Below are positions 22,065 through 35,088 of a DNA stretch of 64,000 nucleotides, in pieces. Source of the stretch: Craspedostauros australis (lineage: Eukaryota); NCBI GenBank assembly GCA_030167865.1, contig JALAGF010000911.1:1-64000 (forward strand). Direction: 5' to 3'. The translations under genes and the position numbers were made by a program. Each line of letters opens with the position of its first letter. The first letter of the stretch is position 1. The notes beneath the pieces were generated by a model. That model worked only from the letters and a program-made list of their open reading frames with translations. It was not told the origin of the DNA and did no database searches.

Positions 22065-23031
22065 TCACCGCTTCAAATTGTTCAACCGCGCTTCGAGCTC
22101 GCTGAGGGCAGGATCGTCGGCCTGCGTGATGGCCACCTTGGAGGGTCCCGTCGTATCCACCTTGGACACACCGCCGTGCGCAGCCTCCGGCAGCTCCTCG
22201 CCGAACGATATGCCAATCTCATCGAGGACCTGGTTGATGACGTTGTTCTCTTCTTCTTCCGTGGTCTCGTCGGCCAAGGCATCGTCCATCGTGTCGCCCA
22301 TGATCTCCTGCATGATCTCCGTCTTGGCATTCTCCTTTTCGAATTCTGCCATCATCTTGGTGATCGCCGGCACGTCGACGGCCTTGTTCATTTTGTACAT
22401 GGCCTGGGCGGTCGATTTCATGGCATCCGCCATGGCGTGGTGCGATTTGACGGTCTGCAGCTTGAGGGCGCATCCCTGCAGATGGCTGCGCATCTCAATG
22501 AATTTCGTAATGTACTGCCGCGTTCGCACCAGGTCCTATATTGCGAGCGGCAAAGTTGCCAGGGAAACATGAAAGAGGTGTGGAGAGAACAAGAGTGCAT
22601 TGCGTTGATGGGTGTGAGAATGGACATGGTCGCAAGCATTGGCTGTCTGCAGTAGCGACTTGATCGATTCATTCCTGTCTGCGCCATTGCGTTGATCGCA
22701 TCCGCACACAATCAACACATAATCAACACACAATCAACACACAATCAACACACAATCAACACACAATCAACATATTCTATATATAATAATAGAATAGAAT
22801 GAAGCAGTGAAGGTAACAATAGAGCAAGACACAACGCACCTTGGCCATGATCTTGACGGAACCCATTTGCTGAGCCTTGGCAGCCCTCTTGATCTCTATC
22901 GTGATCCGCTTCTCCTCCCTCTCCAGACCCGTCTTTTCTCTATCCAGCTCTCTGACGGCTCTGTTGATCGTGCGCTTGTTCTCTCGCAGGACCTCCTTCA
23001 GAGGCTTCTCCTTTCCGAACATGTTGCCCAT
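22065..23031 (-). CDS. VPS2: ESCRT-III subunit CHMP2/Vps2 (Snf7 family), 2 exons
   Basis: Exon 1 23031..22840 MGNMFGKEKPLKEVLRENKR...VKIMAK. Exon 2 22535..22065 DLVRTRQYITKF...ELEARLNNLKR, ending in a MIM1-like C-terminus. Confidence 0.93.
22705..22770 (+). repeat. Intronic minisatellite, 11-nt unit x6
   Basis: (cacacaatcaa)x6 with one mismatch, inside the VPS2 intron. Confidence 0.9.
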
Positions 23032-23812
23032 GGTGCCTGGTTTCTTGTTGTTGTTGTTGTTGTTACTGCTGCTGTTGCTGCTATTGGCTTTGATGGAATA
23101 GTGTCTTTCCAACAGTACTGCTATTCGTACAGTGATTTCGCAGGTTGTCCTTGGTGATGATCAAGAGCGGCTTTGGTCTTGTGTGTTCAACTCTCTCTTG
23201 CTCGGCTGGAGAGTGGTCGCTTGTTGCTTGTTGCTTGTCTTGTGAGGAATACGGTTGGACTCGTCGGTCGTGCTACCCTGTCACGATTAAGCGATTGATT
23301 GTGGTTGATGTGTTCTTGTTGATCTCTCTTGGAATCACTCTTGTGCTCAGGAGTCTCTTGTTGCTGTTGGACGGTGATGACGATGATAATGATGACGATA
23401 ACGACAATGTTCAAAGAGGAACTTTCGTTGGTGTTGTCGTTGGTGGTGTTGTCGTTGGTGTTGTTGTTGTTCCATTCGTTCGTGCGCCGTTATTTCTCCA
23501 AGAGGCGAAGTTCTTGACCGTTTTGAATCGTGTGTTGTTGCAAGACGAACAATGACCGTGGGACTAAAACAGATTTGACTAGAATGACTACACACCACAA
23601 AAACGAAAAAGGTCGACCATGGCGCGCCCATCTGTTCGTGCCGCTCTGTCACGGTCTTCCTTTCGCCAAACAGGCAAAGGAAGACGCCAACACTCGTGGT
23701 CGTATCTCTTCCTCTTCCTCTTCCTCTTGTGTTCATCCAGCATCAACACCATTGGACCCATCGCGAGCTACCAACCACACCGCACCACAGCATACTCTCA
23801 ATCCACGGCACC

Positions 23813-24545
23813 ATGCCATCGCATCCCACCGCCATGATAAAGCCGCCGCAGCTCCCGCGACAGCTGACGCCCGACGAAGAGCACGACATCCAATCCTCCT
23901 TCCGCGCCATGGACGTGCATCGTCTGGGGGAGCTCTCCTTCGATGACACCTACGCCATGTACCTTGCGTTGGGATACGCCTTCCTGGAGGAATCGGACTT
24001 TCGCAAGCTGCTGCGCAGCGTCAGTCCCGATCATCAGTACAATCCGCGCGTTCCCATCACGCTGCAAGTGGCACGCAAGCTCTTTGCGCAGGTGCGTGCG
24101 ATGCATCATGTTGTGCGACGGACGGCGTGTGGTTGATGGGTATTGGAAAACGTCGTGAAGGCGCATATGTCACCGAACTTCCTTGTGACATCGTGCTGCC
24201 ATCCATCTTGCTCAACATTTCTACTCGCATCCACCTTGCTCTGTTTACTGTCAACTCAATCACCAGTGCAAACCAAAGAACAGAGAGCGCACGTTCCATG
24301 AATGGTTCCAAGCCATCGACACGGATGGCAAGGGGCACATCACGGCAGAAGATCTGCGAAAGCTGTCCGAGGAAGTTGGCGAACCGATCACGGCGGAAGA
24401 AGCGCAGCGCATGGCGGAAGCCGCGATGTTGCATGGGAGGCAACTGGCCGTCAGCGACGAGGACCTGGAGCAGATGGATCGCGAGATCGCGCAGCACGGT
24501 GGCGTGACGAGGAGGGTATTCCGGACGGTGGCATCGTCAAGATGA
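23813..24545 (+). CDS. Small EF-hand (centrin/calmodulin-like) protein, 2 exons
   Basis: Exon 1 23813..24091 (LTPDEEHDIQSSFRAMDVHRLGELSFDD) and exon 2 24267..24545 (WFQAIDTDGKGHITAEDLRKLSEEVGEPITAEEAQRM), phase 0. One canonical EF loop, DTDGKGHITAED. Confidence 0.75.
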
Positions 24546-25085
24546 TCGTCAGGGGGTGGCAACATTCTGTGTGATTGCAAAGACTCCGCCGTGGACACTA
24601 AAAGAGAAGTGCGCGCATAGTCACCATTCTGCGAGGACAACAGGAAAGCGCGCAAACGAAAGCAAGCACAGAACATGGGATGCCATGACAAAGAGCTGCA
24701 GCCCCTTCACAAGATGATGGACACCACGCGACATCAGAGTAGAGAGCATTTATTTACTTTCATGGATGACACTATTGTCGAATGCAATGACACGTATATA
24801 TAGAGTGTAACTTTTTGGTTTGGTATATGGAGCGTATTCGGAGCCACCTCGTTTGGGCGCTCCCTTCAGGCAGTGGTGGTTGGCTTGCGTCTCGTCTTGC
24901 CGTATCTTGCTGTCCTGTCTTGTTCGTTCGTTGATTTGTTCGTTTGTTGTTTTGGTTGCCCTTCTTGCCCTTCTTGGACTGCTTTGTGCTGTCTTGCTTC
25001 TTTTCTTCATCTCAGACAACCATCTTTCACCGGCCTCGCCTGTGGCAGTCTTGGCGACATATCTCCTCTCCCGAGTTCCCAATCG

Positions 25086-26878
25086 CTACATCGTCAGTTG
25101 AGGAGCACCAAGACCACCACCCATGGTTGTCGCCGGTGCTTGAGCAGGTAAGTGTCCTGCTCCAGCAGCAGATCCGTCATCGGCAGGAGCATCTTCTGCG
25201 TCTCCCAGATCCCCAAAGTCCATGCTATCATTCGAAACTGGTTGCTCTCCAGGGAGGAGCTTGCCGTGTTCCGGATCCGAGGGTTCTGGCGATGCCACCT
25301 TCACGATGACGCCGATGTAGTTCACGATGTTGTTCTGGGCGTCCCGCAATGCCGCAATGAAGAGCTTGTTCCAGAATGGCGTGCCATCTGCCATGTAGTT
25401 GATCAATGTGATCGTCACGTCCTCGCCGCTGGCCAGACCCTTGCTGATCTCCTTTAGCTTTTCTTGGCTGGTCTCAGTGCCTTGGAGGAAGCGGCAGTTG
25501 CGTCCCAGGACATCATCACGCGAGTACCCGGTGATGGTGAGGAAGTCGTCGGATGCGAAGACGATTGGATTGTCTTGCAGGCTTGGGTCCGTGATCACGA
25601 AGCTGTGCTGCGAGCCTTGGATGCTGCGGACAAGGTTGAAGTCTTGCTGCGCCATGTCCCTGGCTTGCTCGCCACACGCTTCGAGAACTGCGGGTGGCAT
25701 TCTCTCTGCCGCATCGCATTCGTCCAAAATACGTTGGCCGTCTTCGCCCTTGAGCTTGTCCCGAACGATTCCCTTCAATGCTGCATTTTCCCGCTGCAGG
25801 TCCATGACTTCCTTCTGCAAGGACTCGAAGAAGAACTTCTTTCTCAACCGCGTTCTTCGCGCGAGGATGCGGTTACGTTCCCTCCTGCGGTCGATCTGGG
25901 CCTGGGTCTTCTTCCTTCCTCGGCCTTGCAGTGCTGCGGCGACTGCCGAGGGATCGGTCAAAACTGCTGACGGCTGTCCCATCATGGCGCCGTCCAGCCT
26001 CCTGCGTTTCGTCACGTTGACGTCCAGCAGGCCCGGCTGGAGCATGGGGGCTGGTGCGACAGGCGGGTGCGCCGCAATTGGCATGTGCGGCAGTGGCGCT
26101 GGTCGCAGTTGGGTCACCGCCTGTACCACCGACGAGACAGCTGGGGCTGCCGCCATGGCTTGTTGCTTCAGTGGGAGGGTCATGAGGCTTGGCGGTGCGC
26201 CCATCGGAGCTGAAACGGAGGCAACCGACATGAGCTGCTTCTGTTGCTGCTGCTGTGCCACGTGAGCAGCATGCTGGGTGATGATTTGCTTCACATGAGC
26301 CACGGAATCGTTGGGCTGTGTTGGGGCATGCATGGTAGGCGCGGAGCCATCGTCACTTTGTTCTGGTGAAACGATGCCAGAGCTACCCCCACTTTCATCC
26401 GCCGAGGATGAGCATGGGCAACCATCATGGGTTCGTTGGATTCGATTGATTCAGAGTAACCGAGTGCACACGCACATACGATGAAAGGAACCAGAGCGAT
26501 GGGTTATTGTTGTTGTTGCTTTGCTGTGAGTTCAGTAGTCTGTGGAGTGCGAGGTGATTGATAAATTGGCAGTAGCAGTGGCAGCAGCAGTACAGAGTTG
26601 GCATCAGTTCCAACACACGGCAACACTCGGAACAACAAAAGACAACGAACAAACATGTCTTTCCCGAAGTTCACTCACTTGAAGTCAAAGTTCATCGTGC
26701 TGGCAGTTGCCGGGCCATCATCGAGGAGGTACTCAGCCAAGAGATCGAAGTCCATGGAGTCTGCGCCACCTTCGGTGGAGTTCCACTGATCGGTTGCCTG
26801 ACCTTCAGGCTGCAACGCGGGCTGACTGGGTTGGCTGACGGAGCCGAATACCGGCATGGACATTGCTGCGTTCGACAT
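25086..26878 (-). CDS. AUREO2: Aureochrome (bZIP-LOV), class 2 type, 2 exons
   Basis: bZIP QIDRRRERNRILARRTRLRKKFFFESLQ and LOV DNPIVFASDDF...GRNCRFLQG...FWNKLF. Exon 1 26878..26679 (MSNAAM...MDFDLLAEYLLDD...FDF, donor GTGAGT). Exon 2 starts at about 26391 or 26382, both phase-compatible AGs. Confidence 0.9.
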
Positions 26879-29453
26879 GGTGCTGCTGGGTTGGGTGGAT
26901 TCTGTGGAAGAGTGCGGGAGAAAGGGAGCAAAATGCGGAGAGAGAGAGAGAGAGAGAGAAGAAAGGTAGAACGCGTGAGTTGTGGACTGTTGCGACATCA
27001 GCGCGATGAGGTATGATGGCGCTGCAATCAGATGAGCAACTGTTGCATGCGGTAGTGTGCCGATCCCTATGCCCGTTCTTGCGTGTGCTTGCGCATGCTT
27101 TCGTTTGCATGTGAAGTCTGGACGGATGAAGCAACTGAATTGGGTGCAACCACTGCTCAGAATCACTGGACGGCTTTCGTTGCTTTGGATGGAAGTGCCT
27201 TGGGTGCATTCATGAAGTCCATCACTACCACCTGCGCTTGATTCGGGAAGGTACGGGTAGACTAATGACGCGATGCGTCCCATGCAGCCGTCGTCTCCGT
27301 TGTCGTCATGGATAGAACGGCGCCAACCGAAAGAGCGTACTCTCTACGAGTAGAGTAGTGTGCCGGCCTCGGCCCCTTGTTGCAACCACACCCAATCCCA
27401 ACATCCCAACTTGGCTCTAATTCCGAGATGTCCCAGCACCAAAGCCTCCCCCGATCCCATGGTTCGGTTTGGGTAGTGATGCCTTGCCAAGGGCTGCTGG
27501 TTGGCGCTGTGTGTCTCGTCCACGCGATTGGACACGTGAACCATCGCAAAACCAGACACTGACCAATCCACCCAAGAGGAGCCATGGGAATGACGAAACG
27601 GCGGCCGTCCATGTGCTTGGGATGCGGCTGTGCACCGATTCGAGGATCAGGCCACGATGTACCATGCAACCTCCGCCATGATCTTGTTGGGGTTCATAGC
27701 TTCGCTACCGGAGTGAAGTGTGGTTTGGGGCACTGCGAAGCCATCATGGCTACGGCGTCTTGGTACTGCGTCTACGTGAGGCATCAATTTCTCGGTCTGC
27801 AAGAAGATCTCAGGATTCGATGTTGGTGATGATGCTGATGGTGTTCTTCCGCTTCATGCTCCTTCCTTGACCGCCGATTGCGTCTGCATGCATTGCTCTC
27901 TTTCCCAAACAAGATGCCAACATCAGCGCATGAGCTCTTCGTCGTAAGAGCAATGTATTCTACGATAATACCTACCAAAACTGTGGAGCGGGACGGATCG
28001 TTTGATGGATTCGGGTGTGCCTGTCTGCCTGTATTTCTGCGTGTGTTTGTGCTGTGCTCTTGAGCGGCCTTGATCTTCCTTCTCTGCGAGTTTATGTGTT
28101 GCAGACGACGTCGACGTTGATGCCGCTAACACAGTGCTGATGGTTGGTGTTGTTGCTGTCGTTCGCTCGGGATGATGATGTCGCCGTTCGCCACCTTTGG
28201 ATGCTTCTGCTTCTGCTCTCGTCGAGACCGTCGAGGTTGAGATTGGTGATGTCGCAGAACCTGCTCTTCTTGATGTCGCTGTTGATGTTTGTGCGATGGC
28301 TGTGCTCTCTTGCATTGCCACACAGTTCGCCGCCTTCCTGCGCGCACAACGGCGCGGGCAATTTTTCTCAACCATCTTGCCGTGACAACCGGTTTGGCGG
28401 AGTGACAGTTCTGGTCAAGAGCGTCTTCGTTGTTGCCGCCTGCACCGCCTGTCTGCGCGACAGACCATTCGAGAAACACGGATTTCAGCGGCTTTCTACC
28501 GCTTGCGTAGAATTCCTACCGCTTCGAAGCGGCTTCCATGGATAGTCCCTGAAGCGCTTGATGACGTCCACATTACTTAACACGAAAAACAGATCTTCCA
28601 ACCAGACCAACACAACGCATCTGGAACAGATCCAATCACCAATCGTAAATAAGGGACCGATCCGTGTGATGTCAACTCTCAAATAAGGATAGCGACACGC
28701 TGGATTTGTGCCTCCCACCATGTACTGTTCTCTTCGCCATCACGCCGTTGTTCCACAATCACCTTGCTCCTTGGCCGCCGCAACGAGAACTTCGTCCGTC
28801 GACAGGAATCTCCGACATTGTTGGGAACCCGGAAAAGTCCACAAGGACGGTTGACAACGGCATTCCGTATCCTCCTTCTCTCTGTCCGCAGAGCGACGAG
28901 TACAGAACTGTCAGAATCGTGTGGACATTTCTGAAAGGAATCACTTCTGCTGAATCGGGAGAGACCCAAGGGACCCTTTCAGAAATGGAGGCGCTGCTAC
29001 CTTGCGGGAGCCAGAGAGGCCAGCTTGACGATAGTTTGGAAAGTATAGCTCTTCCGCAAGAAGCAGTACTACATGCAATGGATTGGAAGGGTGGAGCACC
29101 GCAACACTATCCGTACGCCAGAGTACCAATGGTTAGCATGGGTTGAGAAAACATGAAGAACTTTAGTCTACTAATATTGTAAGATAGATGGAATGTGGTC
29201 CAGCGCCCACCCACAATTGGATGGAGCGTTGGCGTGGAAGTCGTAGCTAGGCAACGATCAAAGTGCCACGATGCACATGTGACACATAATAGATCGATTG
29301 AACTTCGATTCGGATGCGTGTTGGATCTTTGGCGCAATGTATTGTCGAAATGTATTGGCGCATTGTATGCATGTCCATCTCGATCGAACATGTGCCCATA
29401 TACGCACACACACACGTACTCTCGTATTCATTCCATTTGTCGACTCCGCTCTC

Positions 29454-31367
29454 CTACACCCAATCTTCCACGATGAGACGATCCTTGGACGAGCAGAACA
29501 TATGATTGAACATCATCTCCATGCTGGCCACGCTCGCATCGTCCCCCCGTTTCGTCAAGTCGCGTCTTAACCGCCTGAGCTTCTCCAGATCTTCGGGATG
29601 GATCTGAACCTGATGTTTGTGCTGACCCTCTGGCTTCCACGAACGCTGGCTCCCGTGCACCCCCCACGAGTATTCGCTGCCGGAAGCCGATCCGTTGGTG
29701 GATACCGAGGATCGTCGTCCGCGCGTTGCCCGAGTTTTGGCACGGGCAGCAGTATTCTCGGCATCGTCCGGTCGGAAGTACTCCTCGTTGAAGAAGTCGG
29801 AGTCATCATCATCATCGTCGTCATCACCGCCATTGCCGTTGCGCTGGTTGGTGGGGCGAGTTGACTCCTCATCGTCCGAGTCATGTCCCAGTACCAGTCT
29901 CTCCAGCATATCCATCGCGGTGATGGATTGGTGTATCTGGAACTTCGACGAGTTTTCGGATGCCACGCTGACTTGATCATTCGCCGAAACGGAGGTCATG
30001 CCCGTCAGTCTGGATTGGAACGCGGAGAGCTCGCTATCTTCATCGATGGCCCCAAGCCCCGATGAAATATCGTCCTCGCGCTCACCATACTTGTCGTGGA
30101 TGACCTGCCTCTCAAGCGCCGAGAAGAGGCTGTCCTCGTCGGTGGATTGCACCGTGTTCGTGGTGGTCTCCCATCCAGACGCCGAGGCGCTGAGGTAGCT
30201 GTCTTCATAATCCTGCTCGCTGTGCTGAACATTTGATAGCCCACCGAGGTTAGACGCCTCGATCGTTCCGGTCGTTTCCGTTCCCGAATGGCTGACATCG
30301 TCGTGAGACTCGTTTTCATGGAAATCCCTCATGGGCATTTCTTGTTGTTGCTGCTGTTGCTTGTGTTGCTGACGCTGGCGATGTTGATGAACATCAAATG
30401 AGCCATGTTCTTGCGCATGGTTGTGAGATCGATCCATGGCCCTTCTCTCCAGTATCATGGTCTCGTTCCTGCTCATCGGAGTTGGCTTGCGCATTTCGGT
30501 GTAGGTGAGCGTCCGCGATTCCAAGGCTGTCGGTCTAGTATTGAACAGATCCGATCCGTTGCCATTCATGCGTTGCAGAGCTGCCGTGTCTTGCGAGCCG
30601 AACGGTGAAGCTCTGTGGGCGTTGCGGGGTTGTTGTTTCGTTGGCGTGACTACGGCCGGGGTGGCTTGCTGCTGTTGTGATTGGTTCACGCTGTTGTCGT
30701 GCGATCTGCTGCCCCTAAGTCGCTTGTCATGCACCATCCGCAGCGTGGACAACACCTCGTTGATCATCTCATCCTTCGTGGGTTGCTGCACTGGGGCAGC
30801 CGGCTTTGGTCCCTGTTTGGCACCGCCCGATGTCAGATACGCGACCTCGGTCGATAGGAACGAATTGAAGATCATTGGCTCGGACGCATCCCCGGTCGAA
30901 CGTTGCGGACTTGCGGCGTGGTTGGCATCGGAGTGGCTCGATACCGTTGTGAAGGAATCTCCAACGTCCATCGCATCATGGAAATCCTCCTCCTTGACCT
31001 TCTTGCAAATGAGGCGCTTCAGCAGCTGCCGGGGTTTGCCAAAGCGACGATCGCTCTTGCGACTGCTGCTCGCGCTGCTGTTGCTCGTGCCGCGCTTGCT
31101 GCTCGCCATTGATGTGGTGGAGAGGTTGGTAATCACATGGTCCCTTCCACTCTTGCTCGCGCGAGTCTGCTGCGCTCTCGAGCCGCGCTGGTTGGCACTC
31201 GCGCCACCTTTCGATCGCTGCTGCATCTTCACGTGCTGAGCCTGTGAAGATGGCGGATACGCACTCGAGTACGAGTCAACGTGGGCTTGCGGCGGCATCT
31301 GATTGTATGATGGGTACTTGTGCTGCAACGTTGATTCATCCAAGAGCACTTCCACGCGCATTGTCAT
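29454..31367 (-). CDS. Hypothetical intrinsically disordered protein (about 637 aa)
   Basis: Long single-exon ORF with coding-like codon usage, S/Q/D-rich. No domain recognised. Likely start MTMRVEVLL at 31367. Confidence 0.7.
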   Translation of the reverse strand: MTMRVEVLLDESTLQHKYPSYNQMPPQAHVDSYSSAYPPSSQAQHVKMQQRSKGGASANQRGSRAQQTRASKSGRDHVITNLSTTSMASSKRGTSNSSASSSRKSDRRFGKPRQLLKRLICKKVKEEDFHDAMDVGDSFTTVSSHSDANHAASPQRSTGDASEPMIFNSFLSTEVAYLTSGGAKQGPKPAAPVQQPTKDEMINEVLSTLRMVHDKRLRGSRSHDNSVNQSQQQQATPAVVTPTKQQPRNAHRASPFGSQDTAALQRMNGNGSDLFNTRPTALESRTLTYTEMRKPTPMSRNETMILERRAMDRSHNHAQEHGSFDVHQHRQRQQHKQQQQQQEMPMRDFHENESHDDVSHSGTETTGTIEASNLGGLSNVQHSEQDYEDSYLSASASGWETTTNTVQSTDEDSLFSALERQVIHDKYGEREDDISSGLGAIDEDSELSAFQSRLTGMTSVSANDQVSVASENSSKFQIHQSITAMDMLERLVLGHDSDDEESTRPTNQRNGNGGDDDDDDDDSDFFNEEYFRPDDAENTAARAKTRATRGRRSSVSTNGSASGSEYSWGVHGSQRSWKPEGQHKHQVQIHPEDLEKLRRLRRDLTKRGDDASVASMEMMFNHMFCSSKDRLIVEDWV

Positions 31368-32450
31368 CTCCAGCTGCGCTGCGATGCAATATGAGTCGAG
31401 TTGTGCACGAGTTGTGAACGAGTATGAGCTGTATATCAATGGGATCTCAACTGGTCGCCAATAGCTGTGTCTGTGGCGCTTCGCCGCGACTTGGTACGAT
31501 GCGATGCGATGCAATGCTGTGCTCGACGATTATAGTACTCCGTTCCGCGAATAGAATGCTCGCCCATGTGATGAAAGTGAGGCCAACAGAGCCATGGAGC
31601 AACCATCAACAAGGCCAAGAAGGCACCACAAAGCACGAAACAAGGCCCAGATGCACATCATCACAACAAACTAAAATTTGGCCGAAACCTGGCTGCACGA
31701 CGGCAGAGCAACCACATACCCCACCATCCTCGTCATTTTCCCGAAAATTTTCCAATCACCCTCCCGCCAACGCGATTGTATGACATGCCATTTGTCTCGT
31801 TCATCAGTTTCAAGCAGTAACGGAAACGCCAACCAAACTCTCGCGTTTTGGGTTGACCTGCAATTTCGTGTGACACGAACGAACACGCTGGCTCGCCATG
31901 CTGTGAAACGATGCGACGCACACATCCGGCCGCCCATGTGACACACATGGTCGACGTCTCCAATCTGGACGAAAACTTGTTCGTTCGAATTGTTTCCGCC
32001 GCGAACCAATTTGACCACTTCGATCGTACCTAGACGTGGTTTCATTCCTGTTTCTGTCGGAGCCCCCAGTCCCGCCGTTCAAATGAAACGTGGTTGCTCC
32101 GGTTGCCTTCGAACAACCCGATTCAAACCCAATGATGTGCAGCGAAAAAACCCAACGGTCTTCTTCGATGAACGTTGTTGCTCGTGGTCGCCTCTTGTGT
32201 GTGCAAAGTCACCAAGAAAAAGAGATCGAAACAACACGAACAGAACAACAACGAAAGTGACAGCAAAGACGAAGAGCGCACAGCCGCATCACACTCCCGC
32301 GCGCATCGTACACACCCACACTGCCACACTCTCAAGCACACATCTCATTGCAAGTCTTCGTGCCCATACGAAATCAGCAACCACACGAACACACAGCTCC
32401 ACAAACAAACAAACAAACAAACAACAAAGGAACAAACCAGGACCACCAAG

Positions 32451-34126
32451 ATGAACCCAGAATAGTAAGTGCTCTGCATACTCGTACATGCAATGGACTT
32501 GCATCAATGGAGGCAAACAGCGCAGACATCGACCATGGCCATCGCCATGACTGTGTCAACAGCACGACTTGACGCAAAGCACCGCAAAACAGAAGGGTTG
32601 CTCTGCATGTTCTCGTGGCGAATTTTTTAGCCAACATCCACGCCGTGCGAAGCGGAACCAGCATTTTCAAAACAGTTCGCAGAGCATCCATCTGCGGGCA
32701 ACTCCTCACGCAGACGGAGGGAGAGGAGAGCCGATCCCACTCGACAATGGCGATGGGTGCCGTCGCAACGAGCGTCCACATTCGAATGCAGTCTCCCACA
32801 GCGTCATTGCACCTGGCGGCTGATGAATACGGAGAACATGCAAGCTGGATATCGTGGCAACAGCACACGCGGACCATGAATCATGTCAACGCAACAGCGA
32901 CGTGGCACTTCGATGAGCATGTGTGATGCATGTCATGATCTCCGAATTCATCTCTCTTCCCGAGCTTGCCTTCAATCCCATGGCATTCTCAACCAAGACT
33001 AACCGAATGCACCACTCCACTTCCTCTCCTCTGTTGCATCCATCTTCATCTCCCCTGTTTTCTGCAATTGACTGACGACACGCGACACCTGTCATCCAAA
33101 TCTGGAACCCACGCTCTGCACCCGACGACGATCACCATCATCACCACATGACTGCAACCACAGCGATTACCTCTTCAAACTCCTCCTCATCGGAGACTCC
33201 GGTGTCGGAAAGTCCTGTCTGCTTCTCCGATTCGCCGACGACACTTACACTGAGTCGTACATCTCCACAATCGGTGTTGATTTCGTAAGTTCGGTTCCGC
33301 ATGCCCTTTTGACGCAACATGCGCATCACGTGTGTCTCTGGAAAACGCTCGTGCAACAGTGATGTTGGAGGAGGTGCCGCAGATCTCGACAGCATCAACG
33401 TAATCGTTGTTGTTGTCGTTGTTGCTAGTGTCACCGGTAGCGTCGCCTGCAATGACTAAGCGCGCACCGGTTCGTTACGCCAAAAGTCGGCATCGACGAT
33501 GCTCTGGTGAAATTCGTCCATTTCGGTCACAACAACCAACTAACTCAACGCATGCATCAACTTCATTTCATCCCATCCCATTACAATCTTTCCTGCACCC
33601 GCCACCCCAATCTTCCGCTCCATCTCCTTCCGTGCGCACCAAATATCAGAAAATCCGCACCATCGAGCTCGATGGAAAGACCATCAAGCTTCAGATCTGG
33701 GATACCGCTGGCCAGGAACGCTTCCGCACAATCACATCGTCGTACTATCGCGGTGCCCACGGAATCATCGTTGTCTACGACGTGACAGACAACGAATCCT
33801 TCAACAACGTCAAGCAATGGCTCCACGAAATCGACAGATACGCCGCAGAGAACGTCAACAAGCTCTTGGTCGGTAACAAGTCTGATCTCACAGCAAAGCG
33901 CGTCGTTTCGACGGAACAAGGAAAGGAGTTCGCCGAGAGCCTCGGAATCGAGTTCCTCGAGACATCTGCCAAGACTGCTGACAATGTCGAGCAGGCTTTC
34001 TTGACCATGGCCAGCCAGATCAAGGCCCGAATGAAGACCCAGCCAACAGCGGCGGGCGCCCAGAGTGGAAAGGGAGGACTCCCACTCCGTGGACAGCAGG
34101 TCAAGCAGAACCAGGGATGCTGCTAA
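32451..34126 (+). CDS. RAB1: Rab1/Ypt1 small GTPase, 3 exons
   Basis: Exons 32451..32464, 33164..33284 and 33650..34126 join to [49 protein letters not shown]...WDTAGQERF...GNKSD...ETSAK...GCC. Confidence 0.97.
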
Positions 34127-35088
34127 ATGCAGCGGCTGCCGGTGCGCCAACATGTCAACGTGACGGATACCCTTGCGATTTTCAGAACGGACAAACGAAG
34201 CCAACGTGTTGTCGGCCCATTTACCGATTCAGCGGCAATCGTTGTGCGTTTGATGTTTGGTACTCCACGTCAAAGAATCCATGCAGGATGCATAACGATG
34301 AACAGCTTCCACGACAAATCGAAAACGCAACGTACTGTATACGTCGCATTGAAGCTTCCGACAGTTGGGGAGTGCCATGCTTGGGTACCTGGGGAAGTTG
34401 ACCCGTCACATTCGACAAGATCACTTCATCCTGTTCTCTCTTGTGCATTCCCAACCTGGCGATTGCCTTCTTCTTGCTCATGTTTCGCATATTCATGAAC
34501 CACCATGGTATTTGCCGAGGCGCCCCCTTTCAGAATGCTCAACGAATTGAGAACGATTGCAAACGTCATGGATAGCACAGACGACGCACACACAAACACA
34601 AACCAATCAAAAATATGAATGAACAATAAAAGTATAAATATTCGGATCCCAATGAAGCATGAGTATCCACGTGCATTGCATGGTACGACCTATGGCACCT
34701 GTAGAGTGCAGCAGACGACGTTGCCAGTATTGATACGGCCTTGCATTTGATGCATTGTGGTGTCACGTTGGATGCAGCTGAGTCGCTGCCCGTCTCCAGA
34801 CTGGACATCTTCGGCGCCAAGATCGACGCAACTTGATGTCCAGAGCAGGCAGCAATCGCAGGAAGATCAGCGTCATCATGGCACAAGTCCATGCGATACA
34901 GGACAAGCCAGCAAGGGAGCGTGCATCCAAACACTAGGTTGTGCTCTCATGTGTTCCTTCAATCATTCTGTTCAGCTAATCTTATTGCGATCCATCGTTG
35001 GCACCGCTCCAGGGTTGTGCTTTCGTTGTTATTGGTGCATGGATAGGTCGCATTGCATGCATTGCATTGCACTGCAGCGGAGGCTGGT

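Noticed and set aside
22705-22770. Direct repeats as a possible CRISPR-like array
   Set aside because: Head-to-tail 11-mers without spacers in a eukaryotic intron, so a simple minisatellite.
32465-33163. Possible box C/D snoRNA in the 699-nt Rab1 intron (TGATGA at 32821)
   Set aside because: No convincing D box, terminal stem or rRNA guide was seen.
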